Part shown: positions 1-11,045 of the stretch, piece after piece
Numbering within the stretch: the stretch's first letter is position 1
Layout: each line of letters starts with the position of its first letter
Origin: Bryobacterales bacterium
GTDB taxonomy: Bacteria; Acidobacteriota; Terriglobia; Bryobacterales; UBA6623
DNA: 64,000 bases
NCBI GenBank assembly: GCA_963422375.2
Contig: OY729427.2
Location: forward strand, 1,780,794 to 1,844,793
Direction: 5' to 3'
Program-made: the position numbers and the translations under genes
The notes under the pieces: generated by a model
Seen by the model: only the letters and a program-made list of their open reading frames with translations
Told to the model about the DNA's origin: nothing
Database searches by the model: none

Positions 1-1175
1 TGCTGCGCGCCGGCAAGACCGAGGCCGTGGCGCTGTGCGATGTCGATGACTCCCAGATCGAGAAGACACAGAAGTCGGTAGTGGCGGCGTCCGGCCAGAA
101 CGCCGAGTTCGGTACGAGCGACTTCCGGCGCGTGGTCGAACGCGATGACATCGACGCAGTCATCGTCGCGACGCCTGACCACTGGCACGCCATCCCCACG
201 GTAGAGGCATGCAAGGCCGGCAAGGACGTGTACGTCGAGAAGCCGCTCGCGATCACGGTATGGGAGGGCCGCCAGATGGTTGACGCAGCTCGCAAGCACG
301 AGCGCGTCGTCCAGATGGGTACTCAGCAGCGGTCGGGCGCCCAGTATCTCGCCGCCAAGGAATACATCGACAGCGGCAGGCTCGGCCGAGTGCGCCTAGT
401 GCGGTGCTGGGCCTACCTGGACTGGAAGGGCGAGACACCCCATATGCCGGACGGGCCCGCACCCGACGGCGTCGATTACGACATGTGGCTCGGCCCGGCC
501 CCGGAGCGGCTGTATAACCGCAACCGCTTCCACTTCAACTTCCGATGGTACTGGGACTACTCCGGCGGTCTGATGACCGACTGGGGCGCGCACATGATTG
601 ACATCGCCAACTGGTACATGGGTATCAAGTCGCCGACCTCCGCGATGTCGGTCGGCGGCAAGTTCGCCTACCCTCAGGACGCGATGCAGACTCCGGACAC
701 GCAGCAGGTGCTGTACGAGTTCCCGGATTTCTCGATGGTCTGGGAGCACGCGCTGGGCGTTGGCCGCGGGCCCGCTGACCGCGAGCACGGCGTCATGCTG
801 CACGGCGAGAACGGCATCCTGATCGTGGACCGGCAGGGCTGGGAAGTGCTGCCCGAAACCGACCGCATCGGCAAGCGGGTGCGGGAATACAAGGCGCCGG
901 GCGTGCCGCACCAGGCCTACCGGCCCGACCGGGAGAACATGCATCAGGACCACGTCGAGAACTTCCTAGATTGCATGCGCACCCGGGAGCGCCCTCGGTC
1001 TGACGTGGAACTGAGCCACGACTCGATGATCGGCTGCCACCTTGGCAACGCGGCGCTGCGAACGGGCCGTCGGGTCTACTGGGACGTCGACAGGGAACGG
1101 GTCGTAGACGACCCGGAGGCCGAGGCGATCATGTACAGGCGCCCCTACCGCAAGCCGTGGAAGCTCAGGGTGTAG
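1..1175 (+). CDS. Gfo/Idh/MocA family oxidoreductase (5' end outside window)
   Basis: DIDAVIVATPDHWH, DVYVEKP, QMGTQQRS and DWGAHMID motifs; frame is open from the window start. Confidence 0.9.
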   Translation, partial: LRAGKTEAVALCDVDDSQIEKTQKSVVAASGQNAEFGTSDFRRVVERDDIDAVIVATPDHWHAIPTVEACKAGKDVYVEKPLAITVWEGRQMVDAARKHERVVQMGTQQRSGAQYLAAKEYIDSGRLGRVRLVRCWAYLDWKGETPHMPDGPAPDGVDYDMWLGPAPERLYNRNRFHFNFRWYWDYSGGLMTDWGAHMIDIANWYMGIKSPTSAMSVGGKFAYPQDAMQTPDTQQVLYEFPDFSMVWEHALGVGRGPADREHGVMLHGENGILIVDRQGWEVLPETDRIGKRVREYKAPGVPHQAYRPDRENMHQDHVENFLDCMRTRERPRSDVELSHDSMIGCHLGNAALRTGRRVYWDVDRERVVDDPEAEAIMYRRPYRKPWKLRV

Positions 1176-1452
1176 GTGGCGCAGTCCGGCCGAGCCGCGG
1201 TCAGATGCATCTGGCGCCTCGAAAATTGAGCTAGGAGAAGTCAAGTGCCTGCCTAGGACACCCTTCGCAGGCACTCTGGAAATCCCGAATTGCCTCAATG
1301 TAGAGTCCCTACCCACCCGGCACGGCTGCGCTTGGGCAGTCTAGGATTCGGTAGCCAACGGGTCAGAGGCGGCTCCGATTGTAGCTAGATCCCGGATCGA
1401 GTAGAATCGGTGGGGAGCGTGCCGGGGGCACGCAGAGGAGAAAGGTATCTCT

Positions 1453-4400
1453 ATGAACCGGAACAAGCATCCCATCTTGGCGGCGCTGTTCGCCACGGCG
1501 CTCGTGCTCGTGCCTGTCGCGGCGAATGCCCAGACCACGAACGCGGCGCTCGTCGGCGACGTGACTGACGAGAGCGGCGCGTTGGTGCCAGGTGCGACGG
1601 TCACCGTCACGAACACCGACACCGGAGTCCAGCGCTCAGTCTCCACGAACGAAAGGGGCGCGTACCGCGCCTACCCGGTCCAGCCGGGCACATACGAGAT
1701 CGCTGCCTCGAGCGAGGGCTTCAAGACCCGCGTGCAGGGCGGCGTGATTGTCCAAGTTGCCGCGACTGTCAAGGTTGACCTCAGGTTGGAACTCGGGCAG
1801 GTGACCGAGACCGTCGAGGTGACGGGCCAGGTGCCCGTGCTCCAAACACAGGACGCCTCGGTCGGAGGCACCGTGACTACGACCGAGATCGAGCGGATTC
1901 CTGTCAACGGTCGCAACTACACCCGCCTGATCCTGATGATGCCCGGTACCAGCGGCATGACTTACAGCCAGTCGCGCGGCACCCAGTCCGGCACGATGCT
2001 GATCTCGGTCAACGGTGCCCGCCCGCAGGACAACAACTTCACGATGGACGGCGTGGACAACAACATGATGATGATGAACTCGCCCGGCGGCACGCCACCG
2101 ATGGACGCCATCCAGGAGTTCCGTGTGGCGACCAATAACAACGCCGAGTTCGGTCGCTCGATGGGCGCAAACGTCAACATCGCGATCAAGTCCGGCACTA
2201 GGGACCTGCACGGCTCAGCCTACTGGTACGTGCGCAACGACAAGTTCGACGCCAACGACTTCTTCGCGAACCGCAGCGGATCCGGCAAGGTTGCCTTCAG
2301 GCAGAACCAGTACGGCGGCGCGGTTGGCGGCCCGGTGCCGAGCCTGCGCGACAGCACGTTCTGGTTCTTCAACTGGGAGGGCTATCGCTATCGACGTGGC
2401 AACAACGCCCTCGCGAACTTTCCGACGCAGCTCCAGAGGAATGGAGATTTCTCCGAATTCACGCAGAATATCTACAACCCTTTTTCGGGCCGTGCCGACG
2501 CGGACGGTCACGTCGTGCGAGATCTGTTCGAGAACAAGACCATCCCTCAATCGCTGCACCATCCCGCGATCACGTCGTTCCTCGACATCATGATTCCTCT
2601 GCCTAACCGTCCTGGAATCTCGCAGAACTACATCAACACTACCTCGGCGCAAAATGACAGGGACTTCTACATAATGCGCGGCGATCACACAGCGGGAGAG
2701 AAGGACTCATTTTCAGTTCGCTACCTGCATCAGAACGTCTCGACATTTTCGCCAAGCTCGAATCCACATCTCTCAAGGGAGAATGATTTCGACGTACGAA
2801 ATCTGTCCACACAGTGGACCCGCTTGTTGACTGCGGCGTCGATTCTCGAGGTCCGGTTCGGTTACAACGCGCCTTGGAATCCCAACTGCACCAACAACTC
2901 GGCGATTGACAGACCCGCGTTTTTGGATCGCACTGGGATCCAAATGTTCCAGCGCGAAGTCCTGTGCTCCCCAATTCCCAACATGAGTTCGGACGGAGAG
3001 TTCAGCGCCGGTGGCGGAGGCACGAACACGGGCGACAAAGTCTGGCAGTTCATATCGAACTACTCCAACGTTATGGGTGCCCACTCGATCAAGTTTGGCG
3101 TGAACTATAGCCGGAGGCATTTCTATACCAACACATCCAACCCGATGAATGGAAACCTGTGGTTCAACGGGGAGCTGACCTCGCTGTACAGCGATCCAGG
3201 CTCGGGTTTCAGCACGGCGAGTATGCTGCTGGGCACGCCGCGACAGTTCCGTCGCTCCACGGGCGAGACCATTACGAACGGACGGATCAATGCTTGGCAG
3301 TTCTACCTTCAAGACGACTGGCGCGCAACTTCGAAGCTGACCATCAATCTAGGCTTGCGGTACGAGTACAACAATCCGCCGTACGACACCACCGATCAGC
3401 TCGGGAATCTTTGGGTGACACCCAACCCGGTGACTGGAAGCCTTGGCCGACTGATGTGGTCGACGGTCAACCCGGAGGTTGACCCGGAGACTGGCGAGCG
3501 CAATCAGCCGGCTCGCAGGCTAGGGACGACTCGCGCATTGATGTTCGCCGACCGCAACAATTTCGGACCGCGCGCTGGCATTGCGTACCAGATCGACAAC
3601 AGAACAGTCATCCGCACCGGGATCGGTGCGTTCTACAACTCCACGTTCGTGCAAGAGCTGCAGGACCTGCGCAAGTTCTGGCCCTACACGCCTCAGCAAG
3701 TGGCCACGGTCAATACCATTACGGATGAGTCCCCCCGTCCGACATTCTTCGCTGACAATGCCGGGCCTTCGTATTCATCGACCGCGGCGATCGGCGGATG
3801 GCCTCAGAACCCCACCAACCGCTCGCCCTACTCGGTCCAGTGGAATTTCTCCCTCCAGCGGGAGCTGGTCGAGGATCTTTCTCTAAACGTCGGGTACGTG
3901 GGGTCGTCGAGCAAGAAGCAGATCGGCTACACGGCGATCAACACCCCGATGACGCCGGGTCCCGGCGCGATACAGCCCCGTCGGTTCATGCCCGATTTCG
4001 GCAACGTCGATGGCGGAAACAACCGCTTCTCGGGCGAGTACAATTCGCTCCAAGTTGAGCTGAACAAGCGCTTCAGCAGGGGGCTAGGCTTCCGCATGAA
4101 TTACACGTGGTCCAAGGCGATGGACGAACAGTCCTCGCTGGCCGAGTGGAAGACGCAGGACCCGTTCAACATTCGCAACGACTGGTCGCGGTCCAGCTGG
4201 GACCTGCAGCACGTGTTCCAAGTGGTCTACATGTGGGACCTGCCTTTTGGTCGAGGCCGTCGCTGGGGCGGAGACTGGAGTGGCGTAGCAAACGCGGCGC
4301 TCGGTGGATGGGCGCTGGAAGGCTTCACACGCTTCAACTCGGGGCCGCCGGTCAATGTGCTTTCCGGCCGGGACATCGCCAACGTCGGACGTTCCTACCA

Positions 4401-4752
4401 GCGCCCCGACGTCACCTGCGATCCGAATCAAGGCCCGAAGACTGCTGAGCGATGGTACAACGTAGACTGCTTCCAGTTCCCGAAGCAGTACACGTATGGA
4501 AACGCGGGTGCGTCGTTCGTGGAGGCTCAGGGGATCAACTCCTGGGACGTCTCACTCGCCAAGCAGTTCCGCGTGGCCGAGGGGCACCAAGTTACCTTGC
4601 GGGCAGAGTTCTTCAACACGTTCAACACAACTCACTTCCGCAAGCCAGGGAGCAACAGGAACGACACGCTGGCGTCCGGTTCCGTAGGGAGAATATTTAG
4701 GACGCAAGTAGCGCCACGACAGATTCAATTTGTTCTGCGCTACGAATTCTAA
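1453..4752 (+). CDS. TonB-dependent receptor with N-terminal carboxypeptidase-regulatory-like domain (Oar-like, Acidobacteria type)
   Basis: Signal peptide, GDVTDESGALVPGATVTVTN, LQDDWR..LTINLGLRYEY, C-terminal PRQIQFVLRYEF ending in Phe; GAGGAG RBS upstream. Confidence 0.93.
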   Translation: MNRNKHPILAALFATALVLVPVAANAQTTNAALVGDVTDESGALVPGATVTVTNTDTGVQRSVSTNERGAYRAYPVQPGTYEIAASSEGFKTRVQGGVIVQVAATVKVDLRLELGQVTETVEVTGQVPVLQTQDASVGGTVTTTEIERIPVNGRNYTRLILMMPGTSGMTYSQSRGTQSGTMLISVNGARPQDNNFTMDGVDNNMMMMNSPGGTPPMDAIQEFRVATNNNAEFGRSMGANVNIAIKSGTRDLHGSAYWYVRNDKFDANDFFANRSGSGKVAFRQNQYGGAVGGPVPSLRDSTFWFFNWEGYRYRRGNNALANFPTQLQRNGDFSEFTQNIYNPFSGRADADGHVVRDLFENKTIPQSLHHPAITSFLDIMIPLPNRPGISQNYINTTSAQNDRDFYIMRGDHTAGEKDSFSVRYLHQNVSTFSPSSNPHLSRENDFDVRNLSTQWTRLLTAASILEVRFGYNAPWNPNCTNNSAIDRPAFLDRTGIQMFQREVLCSPIPNMSSDGEFSAGGGGTNTGDKVWQFISNYSNVMGAHSIKFGVNYSRRHFYTNTSNPMNGNLWFNGELTSLYSDPGSGFSTASMLLGTPRQFRRSTGETITNGRINAWQFYLQDDWRATSKLTINLGLRYEYNNPPYDTTDQLGNLWVTPNPVTGSLGRLMWSTVNPEVDPETGERNQPARRLGTTRALMFADRNNFGPRAGIAYQIDNRTVIRTGIGAFYNSTFVQELQDLRKFWPYTPQQVATVNTITDESPRPTFFADNAGPSYSSTAAIGGWPQNPTNRSPYSVQWNFSLQRELVEDLSLNVGYVGSSSKKQIGYTAINTPMTPGPGAIQPRRFMPDFGNVDGGNNRFSGEYNSLQVELNKRFSRGLGFRMNYTWSKAMDEQSSLAEWKTQDPFNIRNDWSRSSWDLQHVFQVVYMWDLPFGRGRRWGGDWSGVANAALGGWALEGFTRFNSGPPVNVLSGRDIANVGRSYQRPDVTCDPNQGPKTAERWYNVDCFQFPKQYTYGNAGASFVEAQGINSWDVSLAKQFRVAEGHQVTLRAEFFNTFNTTHFRKPGSNRNDTLASGSVGRIFRTQVAPRQIQFVLRYEF

Positions 4753-4766
4753 CTGTCACACCTAGG

Positions 4767-4801
4767 TTCAAGCTCGGACGCGTCAAGTGTCCGAGCTTGA
4801 A
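4767..4801 (+). terminator. Stem-loop downstream of TonB receptor gene
   Basis: Perfect 13-bp inverted repeat TTCAAGCTCGGAC / GTCCGAGCTTGAA, 14 bp after the stop codon; no strong U-tract. Confidence 0.55.
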
Positions 4802-5132
4802 TCGCAGTTATATATTTGCTGGTCTCGGTGCGGCGAATATTGGTCGGCAACCGACGGATTCCTAGGTCCCTGGCTGACAATGCAGCAGGGATGAATGCCG
4901 GGCTGCTACGAGCACCGTGCGATTAGCCGTCACGCTGCCTGCGATCAAATGTACGGGAGCCCTCAATCGTGACCGACCTCTGCGGTCGTTTCAGAATACG
5001 GTGAGCTGTCGCGACGGAACCCTCCGACTGGCTCCGTTCGCCGATAAAGGCTCCTGGTTGAAGCTCTCGCGGCAGACGGCGCAAGGAGCTCCGGATCGAG
5101 CATGTTGCCTGCGAATCGGTCGGGAGAGCGAG

Positions 5133-6045
5133 CTAGCCAGACTGGCCGGACATGAGCGGAGTGAGGTTGTCGCCAAGTATATCCTCAGCTTCATGCGTGT
5201 GCAGGCCGCGCGAGCGCACTGCCTTGCACTGGGTCTCGAATACGCCTCGGTTCCAGCCCCCAGGAAAGAAGGACGAGTCGGAACCGAAAAGGAGTCGTTC
5301 CGGCTCGACCACGTCTAGCGTGCGTCCGAACACCTCGCTCAGGCTCGGTCTCGGCAGAAGATACTTCGTCCAGCTGTTAGTGCTGGACGTGTCGAGGTAT
5401 ACATTCCTCGCCAGATCGGCCAGCATCAGCGCCTCGCGGAAGAAGCCCGCTCCGAAATGGGGGATCACGAACGTCGTCGCCGGATGCGCGAGGCCCACGG
5501 GGGGCAGGTCAACCGGGTTTGAGCGGCTCAGGTCGAACCTCGACGCGAGTCCCAGCCTCGCCCTGACGCCGACTGTCAGGACTGCCGCGTGCACGAACAC
5601 GACACGCCCCGACAGCCGGCCCGCCATCTCGTACATTCGTACAGGGGCGCGAGGCGCTCGGCTTGAACCGAGAGTCGGTGCATGGCCGGGGAGTGGCAGA
5701 GCCCTCGCAGCCCGAATCCCACGAACGCTCTCTCGGCTCGTTGCCGAGCCCCGTCCGCGAGCGGGTCGAGCATGAAGTAGCCGTGAAACCGGTGCGGAAA
5801 GGCCCCGACAGCGTCCGCGACCGACGATTCGCCGCCCGGCACGCGGGCCATCGGCACTGACATGGACACGCCGTGCCGGTCCAGCTCACGGGCCCAGTCG
5901 CCGGGTAGTTCCGCGTTGCTCGCCGACGGAGGGTCCCACCCGGGGGACGCGACCATTGGTCCACGTCCGCCGCGCCCTTCTGCCGGGCCAGCGCCTCGAA
6001 GAATGATCGGGAGAATGGGTGCGCGTGGGCGTCCTGGACTGCGAC
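5133..6045 (-). pseudogene. Amidohydrolase family protein, frameshifted
   Basis: Homology spread over three frames: DAHAHPFS (N-term), ELDRHGV..HRFHGYFMLDP (middle), IPHFGAG..NVYLDTS..RLLFGSDSSFFP (C-term). Confidence 0.75.
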
Positions 6046-6046
6046 C

Positions 6047-6340
6047 TCACCCCAGGGAGCTTGTACGCGCTCGGTCCCGCCCGCCGGATATCGCCGGCAC
6101 GAAATGCACCTCGGAGTCTTCCTCCACGTCGTCCAGCATGCCGAGCGTGCTGACCTCGCCGTCGATAGCCACGGAGATACTGCGCCGAAGCTGCTCGCCG
6201 TCAAGCAGGCGGCTCCGCAATGCGGGAAAGCGCGCCGTCAAGTCGTCCGCGACCTCTCGGACGGTAGAGCCGCTGGTATGGACGATCTCGCAGCCGTCCG
6301 CGAGCGGGCGCAGCATGGAGGGAATGTAAACGGTGGGCAT
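6047..6340 (-). CDS. MoaD/ThiS family ubiquitin-like protein
   Basis: MPTVYIPSMLR..GSTVREV..EVHFVPAISGG, followed by a 10-residue extension. Confidence 0.85.
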   Translation of the reverse strand: MPTVYIPSMLRPLADGCEIVHTSGSTVREVADDLTARFPALRSRLLDGEQLRRSISVAIDGEVSTLGMLDDVEEDSEVHFVPAISGGRDRARTSSLG

Positions 6341-6484
6341 GCGGGAATCGATCATTATGCACTGACAGCGGGGGACCGTCGGCGTGGAACGGCGACCGGA
6401 CGGGGCGGGCGAGAAGGCTAATCGCGCGGCGATCACCTCGCAACTGCCGCCCCCGATGCCGAGGAACGGGTCGTCGCTGGTGGC

Positions 6485-6688
6485 ATGCGGATGTACAACA
6501 CAGATGGCCCTTTCTTAGCCGAGCGCCACAATTGCATCCCGTCGCACCGACGGGCCGCCCTCGACGAAGTTCTCGGGCTGATCCGCCAGTGGAAGTACTT
6601 CAGCCTAGACCCCCCGGGCCAGTCGCGCAAGACCTCGGCGCCACTCGCGCTGCAGGATTTGCTCAGCGGCAGCGCCAAGGCCGACTGA
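6485..6688 (+). pseudogene. N-terminal remnant of an AAA-like ATPase
   Basis: MRMYNTDGP..HNCIP..KYFSLDPPGQSRKTS resembles the FNTxGP..HYCIP..YFVLHAPRQTGKTS start of AAA-like proteins; Walker A is degenerate and the ORF stops early. Confidence 0.55.
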
Positions 6689-7094
6689 CGCTGCGCTAAG
6701 TGGTCCATTGAGTGACAACGGGTGGGATAGTCGCGGGATGTCTGCTGCATGCATGGGCGGATGCGACACTCCCAGCCCGCCACATGCAAGTCGCCAGATG
6801 GCGGCGAGGCCGCTCTGGGCCTACGGCCGTGCCCGTGCTCCGCTGTTCTTCGCGACACTGCCCTCTCCCTCGTTGCCGTTCCGCGAACCGACGCGCTGCA
6901 GTCAGCCGCTGGACTGTCCGACGGACCAGGGCCACCTCATCTGCCCGCGCAGACAATGATCCCAAGGCACCTTAGAGCCCAAATTGAGAATTGATGATCA
7001 ACGGACATGCGAATGACTCAGCGGTTCCCTTCCGAACACACAGGAATACGCAGGCCAGCGGCAGGGTTGGCAGACTCGGGCGACTGCGCGGAAG

Positions 7095-7355
7095 TCAGAC
7101 CAGCGGGGCAATCTTGCCGGGATCAGCGTTGCGCGCAGCCCGTCCCCACGCCTCCATCAATTCCGCTCGGTGAGACGATGCCCACTCCAACACCAGACCT
7201 AGCGCGCGGCGCGGCAGATCGCCCCTCAGAACAGTTAGCTCCGGAATTCCGATCACGGCAGTCGACCCGCCGTAAGCCGCGTGAAAATGCGGTGAATGGT
7301 GATCAGCGCAGTACATCCTGACGACGATTCCCTAGAACTGGGTCAGCTCAGGCAT
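7095..7355 (-). pseudogene. DUF4160 family protein with in-frame TAG at codon 8
   Basis: Reads MPELTQF*GIVVRMYCADHHSPHFHAAYG..LVLEWA, matching the MPxxxxFYGIxxxMY..HxPPHFH pattern. Confidence 0.75.
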
Positions 7356-7652
7356 TTCGGGTGGGCCCTTGGGGTCGGAGAACAGCTCTGACGGGCTCGT
7401 GCCTGTAAGACGCAGGTACATGGCGTCCGGGCAGAGGTCCAGCCGGTCGCTCCAGCTGATCGAGCCGTCTGGACCGATCCGAACGGACGCGAAGAATTCG
7501 GGATCGTTCCAAGATTCGAACACCCCCTTTCCGGCGATGTCAGTCAAGTCGACCTCGCCGCTCACGCCGTCGTCGTACTGCAGCCAGATCCGGAAACCCG
7601 AGCGCGTCTCGACATGCCTGGGGCGAGCCCGACCACTTCCTTCGCTCCTAGT
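7332..7652 (-). CDS. DUF2442 family protein (start region abuts the MITE)
   Basis: FRIWLQYDDGVSGEVDL..GKGVF..FFASV..SISW..LDLCPDAMY. Confidence 0.75.
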   Translation of the reverse strand, partial: TRSEGSGRARPRHVETRSGFRIWLQYDDGVSGEVDLTDIAGKGVFESWNDPEFFASVRIGPDGSISWSDRLDLCPDAMYLRLTGTSPSELFSDPKGPPEMPELTQF

Positions 7653-7911
7653 TAGTGCCCGTGACAAAACTCGTATCCCCTTGACAACAAAGGCGTTAGG
7701 TGCAATCTCTCAAGTCGAAGATTTCGCTGGAATGCTACGACTAGGCCGAAATCCTGGCGATTCTGGGTAGAGGGCGGAAATCTTCGCGATTGGCGGCTGA
7801 GCAACTTCCGACCTTGGGCGCTATATGTTGTGTTTGTGGCTCCATTCGACCTCAGGATGTAGTATGAAATGCTGATCGGGCCAGAATTCAGGGGTTTTGT
7901 CACAAGCACTA
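7653..7911. mobile_element. MITE / non-autonomous IS derivative, 259 bp
   Basis: 18-bp terminal inverted repeats TAGTGCCCGTGACAAAAC / GTTTTGTCACAAGCACTA (16/18), TA at both ends, low GC, no convincing ORF; second partial copy at 42105-42288. Confidence 0.8.
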
Positions 7912-8475
7912 CCTACGCTGCGGCTGCCGAAGCGGGCGCTCGGCTCGTCGGAATCATACCTGAACTGGGTGGCCCGATCATGTAGGCTCGGCGCTACCGG
8001 CGGGTCCGCCGCCTCTTGAGGGCTGCTTGGAATCCCGGAATTCGGCGAGCCTGATGGCTTTGCGTCTTGATCTGACTGCCTGGATGCGACATTCCTTGGA
8101 AGCGCTTGCCGCCCGTTGCGGGCACTGGGGCCTTCAACCGATGTTCGCCACGTGATAGCATCCGGAGATCCATGATTCGTTTCGCTTGAACGACTCCCGG
8201 ATCACCGCGGACTCACTTGGCCCTACAAGAATTGTGCCGGGACACGGCGGTTCGCTCGATTCGGTCCTCGACGCGCTACCGGTGCAGCTGCGAAACCTCT
8301 TCCCAATCCGGGGCGAGGGTCACGGGCTCCGCAGGCGGGCGCGTGCCTTAGCGATTCTCAATCTTCCGCCCGTCCGCGATGCACGGGGTGGCCCTCACTC
8401 GGCGCTAGTCCTCGAGCTGGTTGCGGACAGTCTGCCGACTGTAGCGGATGCCATGCAGCGCAAGACACCAGCCCA

Positions 8476-8710
8476 TATCCGTTCGACGAGCTCTCGAAGC
8501 TCTACCACGGACGCTGGAGAGTCGAGGACCCGTACAAGATCTCGAAACAGCTGCCGGACGCGGACGACTTTCGCGGCCGCAGCGAGCGCACGGTCCGCCA
8601 GGACCAGTTCGATCGCCTCAACCTGATCTCGATGAAGCGGCTCTTGTCCAACTGCAGCGAGGAGGGCCACCGCACACCGCTGGACGAGCGACACCGCTGG
8701 ACGAGCGCGG
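8476..8710 (+). pseudogene. IS4-family transposase C-terminal remnant
   Basis: Frame reads YPFDELSKLYHGRWRVEDPYKISKQL..FRGRSERTVRQ, containing the Y-x2-R-x3-E-x6-K (YREK) signature. Confidence 0.65.
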
Positions 8711-9347
8711 CAAGCCGGGCATGCAGGCCAGCGACCGGGTGTACCGCAAGGCCTGGCCGGGGCGGAGGCAAGGATTGGTACGGTGGGTCCCGGCATTCCC
8801 GAGCGGCGCTATTGCTTCCCGCCTCTCCGGAGAATCTTTCCAGACGATGTTCTCTGGGGCATCCGTCGGCGGAAGCACTCCATCCTGCGCTGTCAGCCCG
8901 GGATTTCAGGAGCGCAGCCCGCCGCTCGTATCGGCGGGGACCCCGGGCGCCACCGCGCTGAAGCTGCCGCAGCACGCAGAGCGACGAGGAGGCACTCCGT
9001 CCGTTGGAAGGCCATCCCCGGTATCGAGGGCTCGCGCCTTGACTTGCCGCGAATCGCAAGGGGCGGGCCAACAACCTTGTCGGCAGCGAGCCGGCTGGCT
9101 CGTAGGAAGCGGTTCCGGGCCGCTCAAGGGCCGAGTGCCGTCACGTCCTGACGGGCTCGTGGTCGGGGGCACCACTCCCTGTAGGCGCGCTCCCAGAAGG
9201 CTTGATCCGCATGGGCGAGGCTGGCTGTAGCGCCGAAGGGACCATTCGTGCTAGCCTTTCGGGGTCGCAGCGCGCCACGCTCGTGTACCTTTGGATCGCG
9301 GAAGTTCGGCTGCAGAAGCGTTCCACGCCTAAGAAGCCGAACCTTCC

Positions 9348-10934
9348 ATGAACATTCTTCTCTATAATCCGGACAACCAAGTCACCAAGAACTACATGCC
9401 GCACCTGTGGATGTTCGTTCTGCGGGCGGTGACGCCGCCTGGGCACAAGGTCTTTTTGATCGACGGCAACGCCCAGAGCATGACCGAGCGGAGCATCGCC
9501 GACTTCGTCCGGGAGAACGACATCCAGCTCGCGGGCATCGGGGCCATGACGCGCATGGCAGCCCGGGCCTACCGCATGGCCGACGCGATCCGTGCCGCGG
9601 GCGCGAAGGTGGTAATGGGAGGGCCCCACGTCACCGAGGTGCCGGACGAGCCGATCGGCAAGGCCGGCGAGCCCCGCCACGCGGACGCCGTCGCGTTAGG
9701 AGAGGCTGACGAACTGTGGCCTCGGATCGTGACTGACGCCGCGGCAGGCCGCTTGCAAGAAGTCTACATGCCGGTCGACGAGAGCGGCTGCGAAGTCAAG
9801 CCGTCCTTGGAGAACTATCCTTCAATCCCGTGGGAGACGATGGACCTCTCGCAGTTCGACCTCGTTGCGAAGATTCCCGCATGGGGCCGATACCTGCTGG
9901 AGAAGGCGGGCAGCACGTGGAAGAGCCTGTACGTCGTGCCGATCGAGTCGGGGCGCGGCTGTCCGTACGGCTGCGACTTCTGCACAGTGACGGGGTTCTT
10001 CGGCGACTCTATCCGCTACCGCTCGAACGACAGCGTGGTCGGCGAAATCCTGCGGCTTAAGGCCCGCGCAGCGGCCGAGGACGGCAAGGTCGGGGTGTTC
10101 TTCATCGACGACAACTTCGCGATCAACGTCAAGCGCACCAAGTCGCTGCTGCGGGCAATGATCGACCGAGGGGCCCAAGTGCCGTGGGTGGCGCAGATAA
10201 GCATGAACCTGCTCAAGGACGAGGAATTGTGCGATCTGATCAAGGAGAGCGGCGGGCGCTGGATCTTCATGGGCTTGGAATCCATCGACGCGGCCAACCT
10301 CAAGGACGTCAACAAGGGGTTCAACAAGCCGGCCAAGTACGGCGAGGTGCTGGATCGTCTCGCAAGCCGCGGGATCTACGCGATTACCTCGTTCATCTTC
10401 GGAATGGACGGTGACCGTCCCGGTGTTGCCCGCCAGACGCTTGACGCCATCGACGAGTGGCCGCCGGGCCTGCCCGTGTACGGCCTGATGACGCCCTACC
10501 CGGCCACCCCCCTGTACGACCGCCTGATGGCGCAGGGGCGCCTGACCCGCCCGAAGCACTGGCTGGACTTCCGGCCGTTCCAGATGGCGTATACCCCGGA
10601 GAACATCAGCATCGAGCAGGCGGAGGCCGAGGTGCGCCAGGCATGGACCGAATCGTATTCGCCCCAGTCCACGGCGCTCGCCCTGAAGCGAATCGAGGGA
10701 AGGCCGTTTCACGAGCGCGCCGTGATGTTCTTCACCCGCCTGGCGTTCCGGGGCATCTACTTCCCGCAGATGACCAAGCGCCATTGGGTGGCCCTGCTCT
10801 GGCAGAACCGCGGCAGCCTGATGCGGATCATTGCCGAGGGCTACAATCTGCACCGCAACCGTCGGCGGAAGGGCGAGGGGCCTTCGGCCGGGCGTCCATT
10901 GCCCGCTCGCGAGTCCGAGCGCGTGGCCGCGTGA
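9348..10934 (+). CDS. B12-binding domain radical SAM protein
   Basis: VVMGGPHVT..GEAD cobalamin-binding region; ESGRGCPYGCDFC (CxxxCxxC); FFIDDNF; FMGLES. Confidence 0.92.
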   Translation: MNILLYNPDNQVTKNYMPHLWMFVLRAVTPPGHKVFLIDGNAQSMTERSIADFVRENDIQLAGIGAMTRMAARAYRMADAIRAAGAKVVMGGPHVTEVPDEPIGKAGEPRHADAVALGEADELWPRIVTDAAAGRLQEVYMPVDESGCEVKPSLENYPSIPWETMDLSQFDLVAKIPAWGRYLLEKAGSTWKSLYVVPIESGRGCPYGCDFCTVTGFFGDSIRYRSNDSVVGEILRLKARAAAEDGKVGVFFIDDNFAINVKRTKSLLRAMIDRGAQVPWVAQISMNLLKDEELCDLIKESGGRWIFMGLESIDAANLKDVNKGFNKPAKYGEVLDRLASRGIYAITSFIFGMDGDRPGVARQTLDAIDEWPPGLPVYGLMTPYPATPLYDRLMAQGRLTRPKHWLDFRPFQMAYTPENISIEQAEAEVRQAWTESYSPQSTALALKRIEGRPFHERAVMFFTRLAFRGIYFPQMTKRHWVALLWQNRGSLMRIIAEGYNLHRNRRRKGEGPSAGRPLPARESERVAA

Positions 10935-11045
10935 GCTAGGCGCGACGGGGGATTCTCTCCGCCGTACCTGCCGGACGATGCCGGCACCGGGGATTGGACG
11001 GTCTCGCCCGGCAACCCGGTTCCTCCGGCGCCGGAATCCCGGCTG

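Noticed and set aside
4917..5318. 133-aa plus-strand ORF after the TonB receptor gene
   Set aside because: No recognisable motifs, and it overlaps the amidohydrolase pseudogene on the opposite strand
7818..7834. NrdR-box-like ACACAACATATAG in both MITE copies
   Set aside because: Single imperfect match inside a mobile element with no nucleotide-reduction gene nearby; may be chance
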